A stretch of 63,413 bases of DNA, counting the filler, from Octopus bimaculoides (lineage: Eukaryota), in NCBI RefSeq assembly GCF_001194135.2. It is 9 parts of 8 records of this genome, joined end to end, with 100 filler letters (N's around TTAATTAATTAA, not from the genome) between each part and the next. Parts side by side here need not be neighbours in the genome. Positions count along the whole stretch, not along the records: positions 7,623 to 26,590 come from NC_068989.1; positions 26,691 to 29,616 come from NC_068986.1; positions 29,717 to 40,993 come from NC_068995.1; 6 more parts are not named here. One strand, given 5' to 3'. Under the pieces are notes generated by a model. The model made no database searches and was not told the origin of the DNA. It was given only the letters and a program-made list of their open reading frames with translations. Shown one piece after another: positions 25,570 to 39,877 of this stretch. Both the position numbers and the translations under genes were made by a program. Numbering within the stretch: position 1 is the stretch's first letter; each line of letters starts with the position of its first letter.

Positions 25570-25938
25570 NNNNNNNNNNNNNNNNNNNNNNNNNNNNNNN
25601 NNNNNNNNNNNNNNNNNNNNNNNNNNNNNNNNNNNNNNNNNNNNNNNNNNNNNNNNNNNNNNNNNNNNNNNNNNNNNNNNNNNNNNNNNNNNNNNNNNNN
25701 NNNNNNNNNNNNNNNNNNNNNNNNNNNNNNNNNNNNNNNNNNNNNNNNNNNNNNNNNNNNNNNNNNNNNNNNNNNNNNNNNNNNNNNNNNNNNNNNNNNN
25801 NNNNNNNNNNNNNNNNNNNNNNNNNNNNNNNNNNNNNNNNNNNNNNNNNNNNNNNNNNNNNNNNNNNNNNNNNNNNNNNNNNNNNNNNNNNNNNNNNNNN
25901 NNNNNNNNNNNNNNNNNNNNNNNNNNNNNNNNNNNNNN

Positions 25939-26243
25939 GAAACGGGCTGATTACTACCTAGCTCAGATACCAGGAAACCCCAAAATGGCTGAAGTCCAAA
26001 AGATAGTGCTCATGGGAACTGCCCATATCCTACGTAAAATACTGTCTATGTGATCTCAAATTTTAAAGCAAACATAATTTTCTTATGGTTTCTTAAACAT
26101 TCACTTGAACAAAACTGTACAAATCCAAATATATGGTACCCTAGGCATAACACCTACATGAACTTCTAACTTGTTGTCTCTTGAGGTCTCTGGGTGAGAC
26201 TTGGATCCAACTTGTACAAATGCAAAACAAAAGTCAAACATAA

Positions 26244-26278
<35 letters not shown>

Positions 26279-26285
26279 TAATAAT
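25939..26285 (+). mobile_element. R4/Dong LINE 3' end with (TAA)n tail
   Basis: KRADYYLAQIPGNPKMAEVQKIVLMGTAHILRKILSM* (stop 26051-26053), about 190-bp 3' UTR, then (TAA)n at 26245-26285. Confidence 0.85.
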
Positions 26286-26339
26286 ATAAGCTTGCAAAAT
26301 GAATATATAAATATAATCAGGGTATTATCAATATATACA

Positions 26340-26379
<40 letters not shown>

Positions 26380-26634
26380 AATGTGCGTGTGCTACTACGT
26401 TTCAATAATATATATAATGCGTCTACATTGATTTTTCTGCTTTCATATCTGAAGCATAAAAGCGTACATTTCACTATTTTATTACTTTGATACTAATGTA
26501 TTAATGTCTGTTTACGTCTCCCTCTCTCTCTCTCTTTATGTATATCCTGTATATGTATTATGTATATGTATGTATAGGTGTATATATATANNNNNNNNNN
26601 NNNNNNNNNNNNNNNNNNNNNNNNNNNNNNNNNN

Positions 26635-26646
26635 TTAATTAATTAA
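26635..26646. other. Artificial scaffold-join linker
   Basis: 44 N + TTAATTAATTAA + 44 N. Confidence 0.95.
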
Positions 26647-27079
26647 NNNNNNNNNNNNNNNNNNNNNNNNNNNNNNNNNNNNNNNNNNNNTATATATATA
26701 TATATATATATTTACAGCTGTATATAAATATACTTGCGTGTATGCATGTAAGCTTGCATGTGTGTGTGTGTGTGTGTGTACGTGTGTGTATGTATGTGTA
26801 CGTGTGTGCGTGTGTGAATGCGGTTCCTTCTTTGAATTTTCGATTAGTTTCTGGATTGAAGCTTCGTCAGAGAAATTGCTCTGAAGAAACAGCAAAGAAT
26901 TATTGAATTTAACAATTAAAAACATGTATGATCGAAAAAAATGATTGTATATAAAAGTGTCTATGCTTGTATGAATGCATGTAACTATGTGTGTGTGTGT
27001 ATATATATACATATGTTTGTGTGTGTGCGTTGGTATATATATATATATAAATATATGCTTGTGTATGTGTATGTGTATA

Positions 27080-28491
27080 CACTGAACCACAACAGAAACG
27101 TCGCACACATACTAGATATAAACTACCATAGCATTGATTGAAAAGCGTTAATTAAGAAACCGTTCTTTCCTAATGATAAAATGTCATTTCCTGAAACATT
27201 TTGACGTCACATGTGTCACGTGATGACGGTGTGTCCGGGTTCCAAAGAGATGAACTTAATATCTCGTGTGACGACCGTTAGCGTTGATTACTGCCAGTCA
27301 TCTTCTGTACTTGGAATGCATCAAACGATTGATGAAGGCCATGGGGATAGCAGCGAAGACTGTATTAAAACTTGCAGTGAGTTGTGCCGCAGTTGTCGAC
27401 CTAGGACGGATGTCATTTAGCCTTTTTTGGATTTCGTCCCACCGGTGCTCTATGGGGTTCAAGTCCGGACTTAGGGCAGACTATAGCAGTGTCTGGACGT
27501 TGTGTTGTCAACCTGGTAGTATGGGTACGGGCGTTGTCGTGTTGGAAGACGTGATTCCGATGACAGGCAAAGTCTGGCCTAATGTGAGTTGATGTAGCGA
27601 GAAGCGGTTACTCCATTGCCCCGGACTTGGCTGACATTTTGGAAGATCACCGGTCCAGGTTTCTGCGTGAGTGCAATCCTTCCCCGTGCCATGATGCTTT
27701 GTCCTCCCCGTGAATCTCTCTCCATTACATAGCCATCGGCATGACGTTCACTCCTTCTTCTCCAAACCGTGGCTCTGCCATCTGCCACAAAAATGCATTA
27801 TCGACCTTCGTCAGAGAAGACTACAGTCCTCCATTGCTGATAACACCAGTTCTGTCGTTTTTGAGTCCATTGCAAACGTGCCTGTGCATGACGATCTGTG
27901 AGGATGGGGGCACCTAGTCGGACGTCGATAAAACAAATTGAAAGAGATCAGCCGGCGGCGAACTCCTCATAGTCTGCCTAACTGATTCCATTGCCCTCCG
28001 GAATCGGTCCTGTAAGTGCTGTCAGTGCAGGTGGTGATCTTGACGTGCCGTTGTAACCCTCGGTCAGCCACTGCGTGGATGATCATCAGTGCTGTTTGTG
28101 GCATTGTGTCGTTCCTTTAGCCGCTTAACTGTCCGAATACTGCAGTTCAAGTCATTAACAATGACACATGGACGTTGACCAGCATGGAGATGTCCGATGG
28201 CTTACTCCCTGTGATTTCGTGTCAATCGTGGCATGCTTGCTGCGTTCGGGAAACGAAAGACAGGATGGTAAATTTGGAAAAGATGCGTTCGTGAGCATTA
28301 CCATGCACACGAAAAGTAAGTGAATTCGAACCCTACATGCAATCCTTGTGTTTTCAAAAGAGAGTGGTGTTGTGGGTCAGTGACATCTTCCTGATGTCAA
28401 GTTACCTAGAATTGTAATAAAATCTATATAATGACAATTTCGTATGTGAAACAAGTAATCCTTTACAGCGCGACGTTTCTTCTGTAGTTCA

Positions 28492-28494
<3 letters not shown>
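27080..28494 (-). mobile_element. Full-length degenerate Tc1-type (DD34E) transposon
   Basis: 25-bp TIRs cactgaaccacaacagaaacgtcgc / gcgacgtttcttctgtagttcagtg; TA on the left (27078-27079). Minus frames give WRTVVFSDE, DGRATVWRR, FQHDNARTH and SPDLNPIEH; frameshifted. Confidence 0.9.
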
Positions 28495-28538
<44 letters not shown>

Positions 28539-29028
28539 AGTATGTGTGTGTGTGTGTGCGTGTGTGCGTGTGTGTGTATATATATGTATGTGTATATATA
28601 TATATGCATATATATACATATTTATATCATGTATATGAACATGTATGAGTATGTATATGAATATGTATATGCATATATTTATATATACATAATATACTTA
28701 TATGTGTGTGTGTGTATTTGGCGGGTATGTATACTATGTAAAAAAGTTACTTTCATGCGAAGTGTTGTGAAGTAGAACTTAAGTGGTCTATTCACGGCAG
28801 AAATGAAGTCATGAAAGATGTAAGAAAACTTTGATTTATACTCTTACCTTATTTCATAATTCAGTATTTTGGCGATAAAATGCCTCAGTCCAGAAACTCG
28901 ACGAATAAGCTTAGCTATGATGTCCACAAAGATGTGCCGCTGTCCACACGTATGAACAATTACACATGAACACACGTACACACAGACACACACCACGCAC
29001 CACACACTTATGCACACACAAACACACA

Positions 29029-29065
<37 letters not shown>

Positions 29066-29250
29066 ACACAGACACCCGTGTCTGTAAAGAGCCGAGAGGC
29101 AGTGTTGAACCTGGAACCGCGTGACTGAGACGCAATCTTCTTAATTGTATAGCATTTCATGTATTTGTATGTGTGCGCACGTGTGTATGTGTCTATGTAT
29201 AGGGGAGAGAGAGAGAGAAAAAAAGAGAGAACGAGAGTGAAAGTGAGAGT

Positions 29251-29294
<44 letters not shown>

Positions 29295-29660
29295 AAGGGA
29301 GAGAGAGAGAATATGTATGTGGGTGTACTCTCACACATATACACAACCTGTATAGCTGTATGTAGAGAGCTTGGCGAATTAGTGCGCTTGCACGTAAATA
29401 TTGACGCGGACACAAACTTCAACACATGCAAATCAAACAACCCACTCACCCACTCATTCACAAATGAACCATTATAATTGTGTATAAAGTAATATGCATA
29501 TACTATATATGATCTGACCCATACTTACATACATACATACATACATACATACATGCATAACGACAGACAGACGGATTCTGAAAGAATCCCGTCATATATA
29601 TATATATATATATATANNNNNNNNNNNNNNNNNNNNNNNNNNNNNNNNNNNNNNNNNNNN

Positions 29661-29672
29661 TTAATTAATTAA
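29661..29672. other. Artificial scaffold-join linker
   Basis: 44 N + TTAATTAATTAA + 44 N. Confidence 0.95.
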
Positions 29673-29716
29673 NNNNNNNNNNNNNNNNNNNNNNNNNNNN
29701 NNNNNNNNNNNNNNNN

Positions 29717-29761
<45 letters not shown>

Positions 29762-30228
29762 ACACACACACACTCACACACAGTAACGTTGGTATAGGAA
29801 GGACGTCTTTATATAAAGTTTTCTCAAATTTACGCCACTATAGGCGCCATATTTGATTATCTTTGAATGTTTGAAAATCCAATAATATTGATCGCATTAT
29901 CGATATTGTCAAAAAGAAATGAAATATCCATCGTTTTAACTGGATCTTCTCAGCCCTTTCTTTCTTTCGGGTAGAACCATTTTTTTCTCTAACAGTTTCT
30001 ATTATTCATAGCACTCAACTTTGTAAACCTCTTCATATACATAACATGAGCGCTGAGAATTTTAGTTCTTCGTGTTAAAATGTGTGGCACTCATTGTGTG
30101 TAGTAACACCGTTTGATCTGTGTGTGTATATACATATACATGTATGTATGTATGAATGTATGTATGTATGTATGTACGTACGTACGTACGTACGTATGTA
30201 TGTATGTTTGTATGCATATATACATGTA

Positions 30229-30478
30229 CAGGGTGCGATGTGTAAATTGTCGCCATTTTCTATTTTTAATTTCGCGCATTTCCATTGTTTGTTTTTGATT
30301 TTATCGACTACACACTATAGTAGGGTCAGTTGGGTAACTATGTCAGAAATTTGGAAAAAATGTACTGCTTGGCATTCGCGACGGAATCTCCAATACGAAC
30401 ATTTCAGAGAATTCGGGTGTCAATCTGAGGACCTAGATTGATCAAAATCAAACAGCCAGTCAACTTCATGGTGTTTAT
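30229..30478 (+). mobile_element. Possible Tc1/mariner (maT/DD37D-like) 5' remnant
   Basis: TA-CAGGGTG terminus, HTH-like LLGIRDGISNTNISE, QIKQPVNFMVF motif; no right TIR found. Confidence 0.35.
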
Positions 30479-30479
30479 C

Positions 30480-30772
30480 ATCCAGGCCGGTACTTGGATG
30501 TCACTACTCACTATTTCGTCCATCTGTTCCGCAATTCTCCTGCTCAGAGCTGTCGAGTTTTTAAGCCAAAAGCCCTCAACCCCATCTGGGCCAGGCGTTT
30601 ACGAGTTAGGAATTTTCCTGCACTGATTTGTAATCATCACTTCGGTTTTCTCAAATCTTCCGGCTGATACTCTCCACTCTCCTCTTTGAGTGTCTTTAAC
30701 CACTCTGCTTCAGTTTCGTGTCGTTTCTCTTGAGACCATACGTTTGACCAGAATCTCTTTCGCTTTCTTCAG
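30480..30772 (-). mobile_element. R4/Dong LINE reverse-transcriptase N-terminal remnant
   Basis: FWSNVWSQEKRHETEAEWLK…RKIPNS*TPGPDGVEGFWLKNSTALSRRIAEQM…VPAWMI; (TTA)n lies immediately beyond its 5' side. Confidence 0.8.
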
Positions 30773-30831
30773 NNNNNNNNNNTCACCTTTTCCTTTCCCA
30801 TCCAGTTACTGATTTATTATTATTGTTATTA

Positions 30832-30886
<55 letters not shown>

Positions 30887-31959
30887 GATTATAACGATCA
30901 CCATCAAGTGCACGACCGCTACCATCAACGTCATCATCATCATTATCATCATCATCATCCCCATAATTATTAACAGTACCATGATGATGATGATCATCCT
31001 TCTCTCAGTATAATGTATTATTAATGCGTTCATTCGAGAAAATAATTTAGAAAAATTCACAAATACCATCAAATAAATGAATTTTAAAATATAAGATACA
31101 AAGATATTTGAAACAGTTAATCAAAGATACAGATTTAAAAGAGAAAAAAAACGAAAAACGGAAACTGTTGTTAAAATAGTTTTTGTCGCGACAATAGTTA
31201 TTATTCACTTTAATGATTTATTCTGTATTTCTCCCCGGTTATAAACTATTTATTGTGTTTTCAATTTTTAATTACTCACTTTTCATTATCTATCTTTCCT
31301 TTGCTCTGCCCCCCCCCCCCCGTTCCTTTTTGCTATAATTACTTTTAAAAAATTAATTGTATTTCGTTCTTACTGCTTTCGAAATTTGTATTAAATATTC
31401 TATAGATGCATCTACTACTGTAACTTCAGTCGATGATGCGTTCGATTCATATTCACAGAAAATCTCTTTAATCTTGCGTATATGTTTTCATGTATGTATA
31501 AAATATTACACATACTCGGATGTGTGTGTGTATAAACACAATTTTGTATTATTTGTGTCTCTGTGTGAAGAATTTCTAGCAATAGATGTCTTGTATCTCT
31601 TATTTATTTTTAATGCATGTACAATTTTGTAACTTCTATTAGCAAATGAAACACATGAAATGGTGAATTAGTGAATAATACTAAAAACGTTTCCAACCTC
31701 CTCTTGTTTTGATATATATATATATATATATATATAATCGATTCCTGCCGTCCCCCCCACAAAAAAAAAACGAAACACGAGATGGTCCTGGCTGGAATAC
31801 GGTTAACGTAAAAGTGTTCCGGATAAGAATTGATCTCTGGCTGAATAACAACAACACCGCCACACGCAATTCTATCAATCAGAGCAACAAAAACAATAAA
31901 CAACAACAACAAAAACATGCCGTTCTTCATTAACATAATGCTCATCCAGAAAAACGCTC

Positions 31960-32520
31960 AAATGCTCATCCATTTAAATATTCAATCATTCAGATATACA
32001 TTGACTCAAATACTCGAGCACGCAATTACACATATACTCCATATTCAAACACTCGAATAGGCAAAAACTCAACCACACACACCATACTCAGTCACTCAAA
32101 CACTCAAATACTTAGAAACTAAAAAATTCCTGTACTCATACAATCAAATATTCTGATACTGAAATAGTCATATACTCAAATGTTGAAGCACTCAAGTAAT
32201 CAAACATTAAAATGCTGAAACTCACAGATGCTCATACATTCCAATGTACAACTTCTCAGTTACTCAAACACACAAATGCTTATATACTCCAATATGCATC
32301 TTCTCACATACTCAAACACACAAATATTCAGACACTCAAGTAGTCATAAAGTCAAATACTCAAGCACTCAAAAACTGAAACACCTCCATATACAACCTCT
32401 CAATTTCTCATACATTTCCATACCCATACACTCAAACATTGAAACACTCAGGTTGGTTGTCATACAGACAAATATTCAACCATTTAAATACTCACATTCA
32501 TACACGCTATTTCTATACTC
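31960..32520. repeat. Degenerate ACTCA/TACTCAAAC-rich minisatellite
   Basis: actca/tactcaa recurs densely at short irregular intervals. Confidence 0.6.
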
Positions 32521-33139
32521 AGTGTTGTATCTAGAAATCGTAGAGACACCAACCCAACACAGCGAAGATAAAAGAGCCGCATACATTCACTGAATTCTGC
32601 GTACACAGACATACATAGAGACAGACATGCGTACGCAGGCATACATAGAGACAGGCATACAGTGAAACTCTAATGAAAACACCTAAACACACATAAGAGG
32701 CACTCATTAAAAAACATACGTGCACACGTGAATATATATACACTGGTACAAACTCACAGACTGATGTACACTCACACATAGGTATGATGTATAGATACGT
32801 GAGTGAAGACACATGCACAAACATCGTGTGTTTTGCCGCTTTTATTCGATTTGGGACTTGTATCGCTCTAATGGGAGAAGAAGCCTCTTCATTTAACAAA
32901 GCATTCATCAATAAGCCATCCCAGTTGTACCACCACCAACACCTACGCCATCATTACACCGATACAACTGTACATTTCTTCAGAAGCACATCTGAATCTT
33001 TCCTTTTATTAGTGCCATCATTTCTTTGATGCGTATCAATGAGTAATTCCTCGGTGGATACAATACCGCCATTTTGGATTCAGTATCGCCATTTTGAAAG
33101 AGACAACAAACAAACAATAACGTATCGAGTGATGAGATT

Positions 33140-34030
33140 TTTTCTCCTCCGTCATAGGAATCACTATCAACATCATCAGTAACAACACTGTAATCATTAT
33201 AACAACAACCACTACCACCACCACAACCACCACCACAACTACCACCATTACTATCACTGCTACTCACGACCAGGAGTACCAACATTATCACCAGCGTCAC
33301 AATCGCATAAGCACATCAGTGACACAATCTCTACTGCTGAACAACCTCACCACCACCAGTGCCATCGCTACAACCACGACCATCACCACTTACAGTACCG
33401 TCACCACCAACTCTACCCAACGCCACCAACAGCACCATCACCGCCAGCAGCACCAACACATTAAGCACAACCATCACCATGACACCGCCGCCATCCCCAC
33501 CTCCAGCACCAACACTACCATAATCATCACAACCACAACCACCACCACCACCATAACAACAACAGCAACGACTATACCAACACCAACACCAAAACTGACA
33601 CACTGCCATCATTAAGCCACAACCTCTACACAAACAGCAGCACTACCACCAACACTAGACAACCATCAGTAAAGTCACTACTATCACCAGCATCACTGCC
33701 ACAACCAACAACCTCCCCCACCACTACAGCCATTACTACCATCACCACCAAGGCCAGCATCAATTCCTCACCAACACCTTCAACAACTACCACACCAATA
33801 CACACACTGACTATCACCACTACTTATACTACTACCACCACCACCACTACTAGCACCACCATCACCATCAGCAACGTATACACTCACTGTCACTGCTACT
33901 ACTGCTACTTCTACTACCACCTCCACCACCAACAACAACACCCACACTCACGACCACAACTTGTACCACCACCACTACCACCTGCGACATATATACTCAC
34001 TGCCACTACTACTACTACTACTACAACATA
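33140..34030. repeat. Degenerate (CAC/CAA/CTA)n triplet tract
   Basis: Direct reading; gives Thr/His- or Val/Gly-rich pseudo-ORFs. Confidence 0.85.
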
Positions 34031-34424
34031 AGTTTAGATACTTAAAACTAACNNNNNNNNNNNNNNNNNNNNNNNNNNNNNNNNNNNNNNNNNNNNNNNN
34101 NNNNNNNNNNNNNNNNNNNNNNNNNNNNNNNNNNNNNNNNNNNNNNNNNNNNNNNNNNNNNNNNNNNNNNNNNNNNNNNNNNNNNNNNNNNNNNNNNNNN
34201 NNNNNNNNNNNNNNNNNNNNNNNNNNNNNNNNNNNNNNNNNNNNNNNNNNNNNNNNNNNNNNNNNNNNNNNNNNNNNNNNNNNNNNNCTGCCACTACTAC
34301 TACTACTACTACAACATAAGTTTAGATACTTAAAACTAACATGGGTAAGAAATGATCTTAGATCAAGAAATTTTACACATAGGTATACTTAGTCAGAACT
34401 AGCCTAGGGTTAAAACACGGAACT

Positions 34425-34615
34425 ATTGGTTTCAAATTGTGGCACAAGTCCAGGAATTTCGGGTGAGGGTGTAAGCCAACAACATCGACCCAGTACTCGA
34501 CTGGTGCTTCTTTTTTCGGTTACGGAAGGATGATCGCACTGGAGTTTGAACTCAGAACGTAAAGACGAAATGTCGTTGAGCATTTTGCCCGGCGTCCTTA
34601 AATATTCTGCCAGTT
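34425..34615 (-). mobile_element. Family C SINE (degenerate)
   Basis: ggcacaagtccagg…atcgacccagtactcgactgg…gaatttgaactcagaacg pattern matches the reverse complement of family C. Confidence 0.65.
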
Positions 34616-34674
34616 CCCAGTTTTAAACACAAAAAATATTAACGACGTATATTGATTGAGTCCATGAACGAAGC

Positions 34675-34835
34675 TCGGGTTTTGCGTGTCTATGTGGGAA
34701 GTTTACTTCCCGATCCCGTGGCTCTAGTTTCAGTCCCACTTCGTAGTAATTAGGGCAAGGGTCGTCTACTATAGCCTAGGGCCGATCAAAACCTTGTGAG
34801 TGGATTTGGTAGACGGAAACAAAACGTATCCCGTC

Positions 34836-34840
<5 letters not shown>
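34675..34840 (+). mobile_element. Family A SINE 5' half
   Basis: ctactatagcctagggccgatcaaaaccttgtgagtggatttggtagacggaaac, followed by (TA)n. Confidence 0.75.
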
Positions 34841-34877
<37 letters not shown>

Positions 34878-34895
34878 NNNNNNNNNNNNNNNNNN

Positions 34896-34945
<50 letters not shown>

Positions 34946-35020
34946 GAGTGTGTGCGAGCGCATAGTAGTGTGTGCTGGTATACAAAGACACACGCGAGGT
35001 GTCCTGTGAGCATCAGTTAC

Positions 35021-35053
<33 letters not shown>

Positions 35054-35507
35054 CAACAGCAACAACAACGACAACGACACAAATGTCCTTGCTAACACGA
35101 CCACTGTCCTCANNNNNNNNNNNNNNNNNNNNNNNNNNNNNNNNNNNNNNNNNNNNNNNNNNNNNNNNNNNNNNNNNNNNNNNNNNNNNNNNNNNNNNNN
35201 NNNNNNNNNNNNNNNNNNNNNNNNNNNNNNNNNNNNNNNNNNNNNNNNNNNNNNNNNNNNNNNNNNNNNNNNNNNNNNNNNNNNNNNNNNNNNNNNNNNN
35301 NNNNNNNNNNNNNNNNNNNNNNNNNNNNNNNNNNNNNNNNNNNNNNNNNNNNNNNNNNNNNNNNNNNNNNNNNNNNNNNNNNNNNNNNNNNNNNNNNNNN
35401 NNNNNNNNNNNNNNNNNNNNNNNNNNNNNNNNNNNNNNNNNNNNNNNNNNNNNNNNNNNNNNNNNNNNNNNNNNNNNNNNNNNNNNNNNNNNNNNNNNNN
35501 NNNNNNN

Positions 35508-35586
<79 letters not shown>

Positions 35587-35711
35587 GCAGGCATGTATGT
35601 ATATGTATATATCTATATGTAAATATATGTATACATGTACGTATATATATATACGTATGTGCATTGATATACATATATACACACATATATATACACGTAT
35701 ATCTGTCTGCC

Positions 35712-35754
<43 letters not shown>

Positions 35755-35760
35755 CTGTAC

Positions 35761-35851
<91 letters not shown>

Positions 35852-36499
35852 TTGATAGATAGACATACACACAAATATAAATATATTTATACATAGGTAC
35901 GCAGAGACACCCATATATAGGCGTCGGTGTTGATGCAGCAATGATTTCATTTTCTCCTCATAGGGGGCGTTACACTATTTTTTTGTCCCTTCATTATCTC
36001 TCGTTATTGCAGTATAAAAACGATAAATATGCGTCTTAAATGAAACAGACAAATTACCTGAAATACATAATGTTTTAAGTGTGAATGTTTTTATCTGTAG
36101 TAAACTGAAGGCATTTTTTTTTCTTTCTAAGCTACATCAGTCTTGTATAATAATTTATTTATTTAACCATTCTCTTTCAAGTTTTCTCTTGGGAAATAAG
36201 AAAGGAAATTTTTTATTTATACTCTGAATATTTTGTTTGTTGTTTCTTTTTTTTTTCCTGTATTTAATCTTTTTTACTTTGTTGTTTATTTTATGGGTAC
36301 GACGTGAGGTTTATTAAATTGTCTCTGATGGTGAGTATGTAAGTGGCTGGTCGAGGATTATGTTTCGGTGGCACGTCTGAAGACAACGATTTCTTTTACT
36401 TCCTACGAAGAGAAACAAACTTTCTTCTTGTTTTCTAACTTAACTTTTTCCGATGTATAATATTCAAAGTAAATGTATATACAGCATAAACTGAAAATA

Positions 36500-36705
36500 A
36501 AAGTGGCTTAGTGGTTAGGGGGTGTCAGCATTATGATCGTTGTCTTCTTGAGCAAAACACTTCATTTCACGTTGCTTTAGTTCACTCAGCTGGCAAAAAT
36601 GAATTATCCTGCGATGGGCCGGCGTCCCGTCCAGCTGGGGAACAGATACGTCATACAAACTGGGAAACCGGGCCTATGAGACTGGCTAGGCTTTAAAAGG
36701 CGCAT
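36500..36705 (+). mobile_element. tRNA-derived SINE with CORE-like and V-domain-like segments
   Basis: gtggcttagtggttag A box; cttgagcaaaacactt; cctgcgatgggccggcgtcccgtccag resembles the V-SINE domain as recalled. Confidence 0.55.
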
Positions 36706-36707
36706 TT

Positions 36708-36748
<41 letters not shown>

Positions 36749-37179
36749 NNNNNNNNNNNNNNNNNNNNNNNNNNNNNNNNNNNNNNNNNNNNNNNNNNNN
36801 NNNNNNNNNNNNNNNNNNNNNNNNNNNNNNNNNNNNNNNNNNNNNNNNNNNNNNNNNNNNNNNNNNNNNNNNNNNNNNNNNNNNNNNNNNNNNNNNNNNN
36901 NNNNNNNNNNNNNNNNNNNNNNNNNNNNNNNNNNNNNNNNNNNNNNNNNNNNNNNNNNNNNNNNNNNNNNNNNNNNNGTGTGTGTGTGTGTGTGTGTTGT
37001 GTGTGTGTGTGTGTATGTGTTGTGTGTGTGTGTGTGTATGCATGTATGTATGCATGTATGTATGTATATATATATATGCACGTATGCATATATACGTGTA
37101 TATATATTTCTATAGGAGCATAGTGTGTATATGTGCCTGTGTCTCTGTGTGGGTGTATGCATATTTGTATACATATGTA

Positions 37180-38073
37180 CTGGGTCATCCCATAATAATG
37201 CAGTTTTTTTCAAAAGCATAAATTAAGAGTTGAGATAAACTACCTGCATCAACTTGTTGTAAAAGCAGATTTTAATTTTACCTTGTTCTTATTTTTTAGT
37301 GTAAATTTTGAAGAGTTCGATTTGATTTTAACAGTTATATCTTCAAAACGATAATCGAAGTGACAAAGGAACAATTCGTCATATTTTGCTTTACGAATTC
37401 ATTTAAATGTAACGGAACGTGTGAGGAATATTAATGCAGTATGAGCAGTAAGCGTAAGCCAATGTCAACGGTGGCTTCAGAAATCCCGAGTCGGAAACTA
37501 CAGCCTAGAAGATGAGACTCGTTCTGGAAGATCTGTAGAGCTCGACGAGGACAACCAGCAAATCCAGGTAGAACAAAATCCCATCGTAACTGTTAAGTAA
37601 CTAGCAGAGAAGCTTTGATTTGGTCATTTAACCATTCATCGACACCAGCACTAGAAGAAAAGCGACGATCTTTGGTTTCAAGACGGAAGGTGTTTTTCCA
37701 TCAGAATAATTCTCGGCCACATACAGCGAGGATGACATTCGAAAGGCTGGGGCAATTTGAATGGGAAACTATGCCCACCCACCATATTCGCCGAGCATTT
37801 CCCCATCTGATTATCATTCATTCTGCAGTTTTGAAAATCATATAGACGGAAAAATTATGAATTCTGTAGACGAGGCCAAAACAGTACTGGAGGAGTATTT
37901 TTCGTCACGGAAAAGTGAATTTTGGAAGTGGGGCCTTGCACGTCTACGAGATAATTGGAAGGACATTGTAGAAAATGGAAGATATTATATTTTAGATTAA
38001 AAACGAGATTTATTTATCTTAATCTTCATAAATAAAAGAATTTTAAAATCGCATTATTTATGGGATGACGCAA
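37180..38073 (+). mobile_element. Internally deleted mariner (DD34D) transposon
   Basis: ~28-bp imperfect TIRs (ctgggtcatcccataataatgc / gcattatttatgggatgacgcaa) with TA at both ends. Frames give IRHILLYEF, SLEDETRSGRS, FHQNNSRPHT, HPPYSPSISPSDYH and WKDIVENGRYY; the WVPHEL and first-Asp region is missing. Confidence 0.9.
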
Positions 38074-38329
38074 TATAAGGAGAACAATGAACATTCTTGT
38101 CTTTATGATATATCACAGTTGATTGGTGATAAACACGCTTTGCAATCTGTTGTACATTTTTCATTTTATATGTTTTTCGATTTCTTCGACTAAGACCCTT
38201 TAAGGCAATCGTCTGGCATGGCCGCAGTTAAATGACTAAAACAAGTAAAAGAATAAAATAATGCACGCACACACATATATATATACACACACATATATAT
38301 ATACACACACATATATTTACATATATACT

Positions 38330-38377
<48 letters not shown>

Positions 38378-39761
38378 AGTAAACACACAGATATGTGTAT
38401 GTAGGTATTTGAGTGATCAGTTATGCATATTCAGTCACGTGACAAACAGAAAGATAAGTGATAAAGAATGAGAGAGAGAAGGGAGGGCAGAGGGCGATAG
38501 AGAAAGAGGGAGAAAGAGAGAGGGAGAGAGAGCCCTATGATAGTCCTTAGGCATTGAAAATGGAACGATTTCAACTAAGTCTTCTCTCCATCACTGGCAG
38601 CAACCACGAAGGTACTCTACCAAACTTCGAACCAACACTTAAAAATGCGAATATAATTTTCATAGATTTTAGGTAAAAAAAAAGAAGAGTAAAAAGAATA
38701 AAAGTAGAAAAACAACAACAATAACTGAACAGATACTCTAAACTATCAACTACCTAAAGTACGATTCTGAATGAAAATGGTAAAAAAAAATAAATAAATA
38801 AAATAAAATAAAATAAAATAAAACATTAAAAAAAATTAAAAGAAATGGTAGAATTATAACTTCATTCCATTAGCGTTTTTAATGGAGAAATATGTTAGCA
38901 ACAAAAAGTACCTTAGGAATATACATTTTTCTCTTTTATTATTTTTTCAAATGCATTTTTTTTTTTTCGCTAAAAACCATTGTCAGAGCTGCGAGTAAAT
39001 ATTATTCTCCTTTTTCTTTTTTGTCTTCTAATATCTAAAATTTATTAATATAGCATTGTTGCTCTTGTTATTATCGTTGCCATGGCTGTTGTGGGATATT
39101 CTGTTCTTCGTTGTTGTTGTTGTTGCAGCTAAATTTCTCAGAATCATACTTCGTTCTTCCGTAAGCGAAAAGGTTTAAAGAAATATTTGGTTAAATTTCC
39201 TCAGAATCTTGATATTAAAACATTACGTTTTCCACAAGCAATTATTATCTTTTTTCATTCCCCCCTATTTCTGTAATTTTTTTAAAACGATTTTTTCAAA
39301 TATATTTTGCTAGTTAAAGCCTACTTCTACGTTACGAAAACACAGCGTATCAGAAAATCTTATCAAGAAGTGAAATTCATTAATGTGAAACATATTTCTT
39401 ATTGACTCCAACGTAATCGGGAAGACCATGGAAAACAGGTTTCACGTTACGGAATTCCACGTTAGGATGTATCGTTTACTAATGATGAACAACTCCCCTA
39501 ATTTCCCAACTACAGTCCTTTCTCATTAACTGCCTATCTACCCCTTTCTTAATGTTCACTGTTGCGGATTCATAAACCCAGGTCTACAAGAGAATTAGTG
39601 TTATGTCACTCAGAAGTAGGTTTCACGCTCTGTAGAATCTGTAAAACAGATGTCGTTGCCTTCATCTCGAGCAACAGATGAGCTTCAATCATTTCTCACT
39701 TCTTTGTACAGTGGCTTCCTCTTGGACACACTATGATGACGTATGCTTAAATCTCCTTCTC

Positions 39762-39796
<35 letters not shown>

Positions 39797-39877
39797 CTCC
39801 TCTTCCTCTCCCTCTAACAGACTATATCTTATTTTCGTTAGAAACACGGTTTGGATTTTCTCCCTATTACTCACGTT

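Noticed and set aside
26825-26875. CTGACGA…GAAA on the minus strand
   Set aside because: No stem II adjacent to either GAAA; single copy in the window.
33066-33096. Two CGCCATTTTG (YY1-like) motifs 20 bp apart
   Set aside because: No promoter or gene context; could be chance or a transposon remnant.
33140-34030. Mucin-like Thr/His-rich ORFs
   Set aside because: Degenerate CAC/CAA triplet tract with short ORFs on both strands; no splice or domain context.
34000-34332. Identical ~50-bp sequence on both sides of the gap 34053-34288
   Set aside because: Typical unmerged contig overlap (negative gap), not a real direct repeat.
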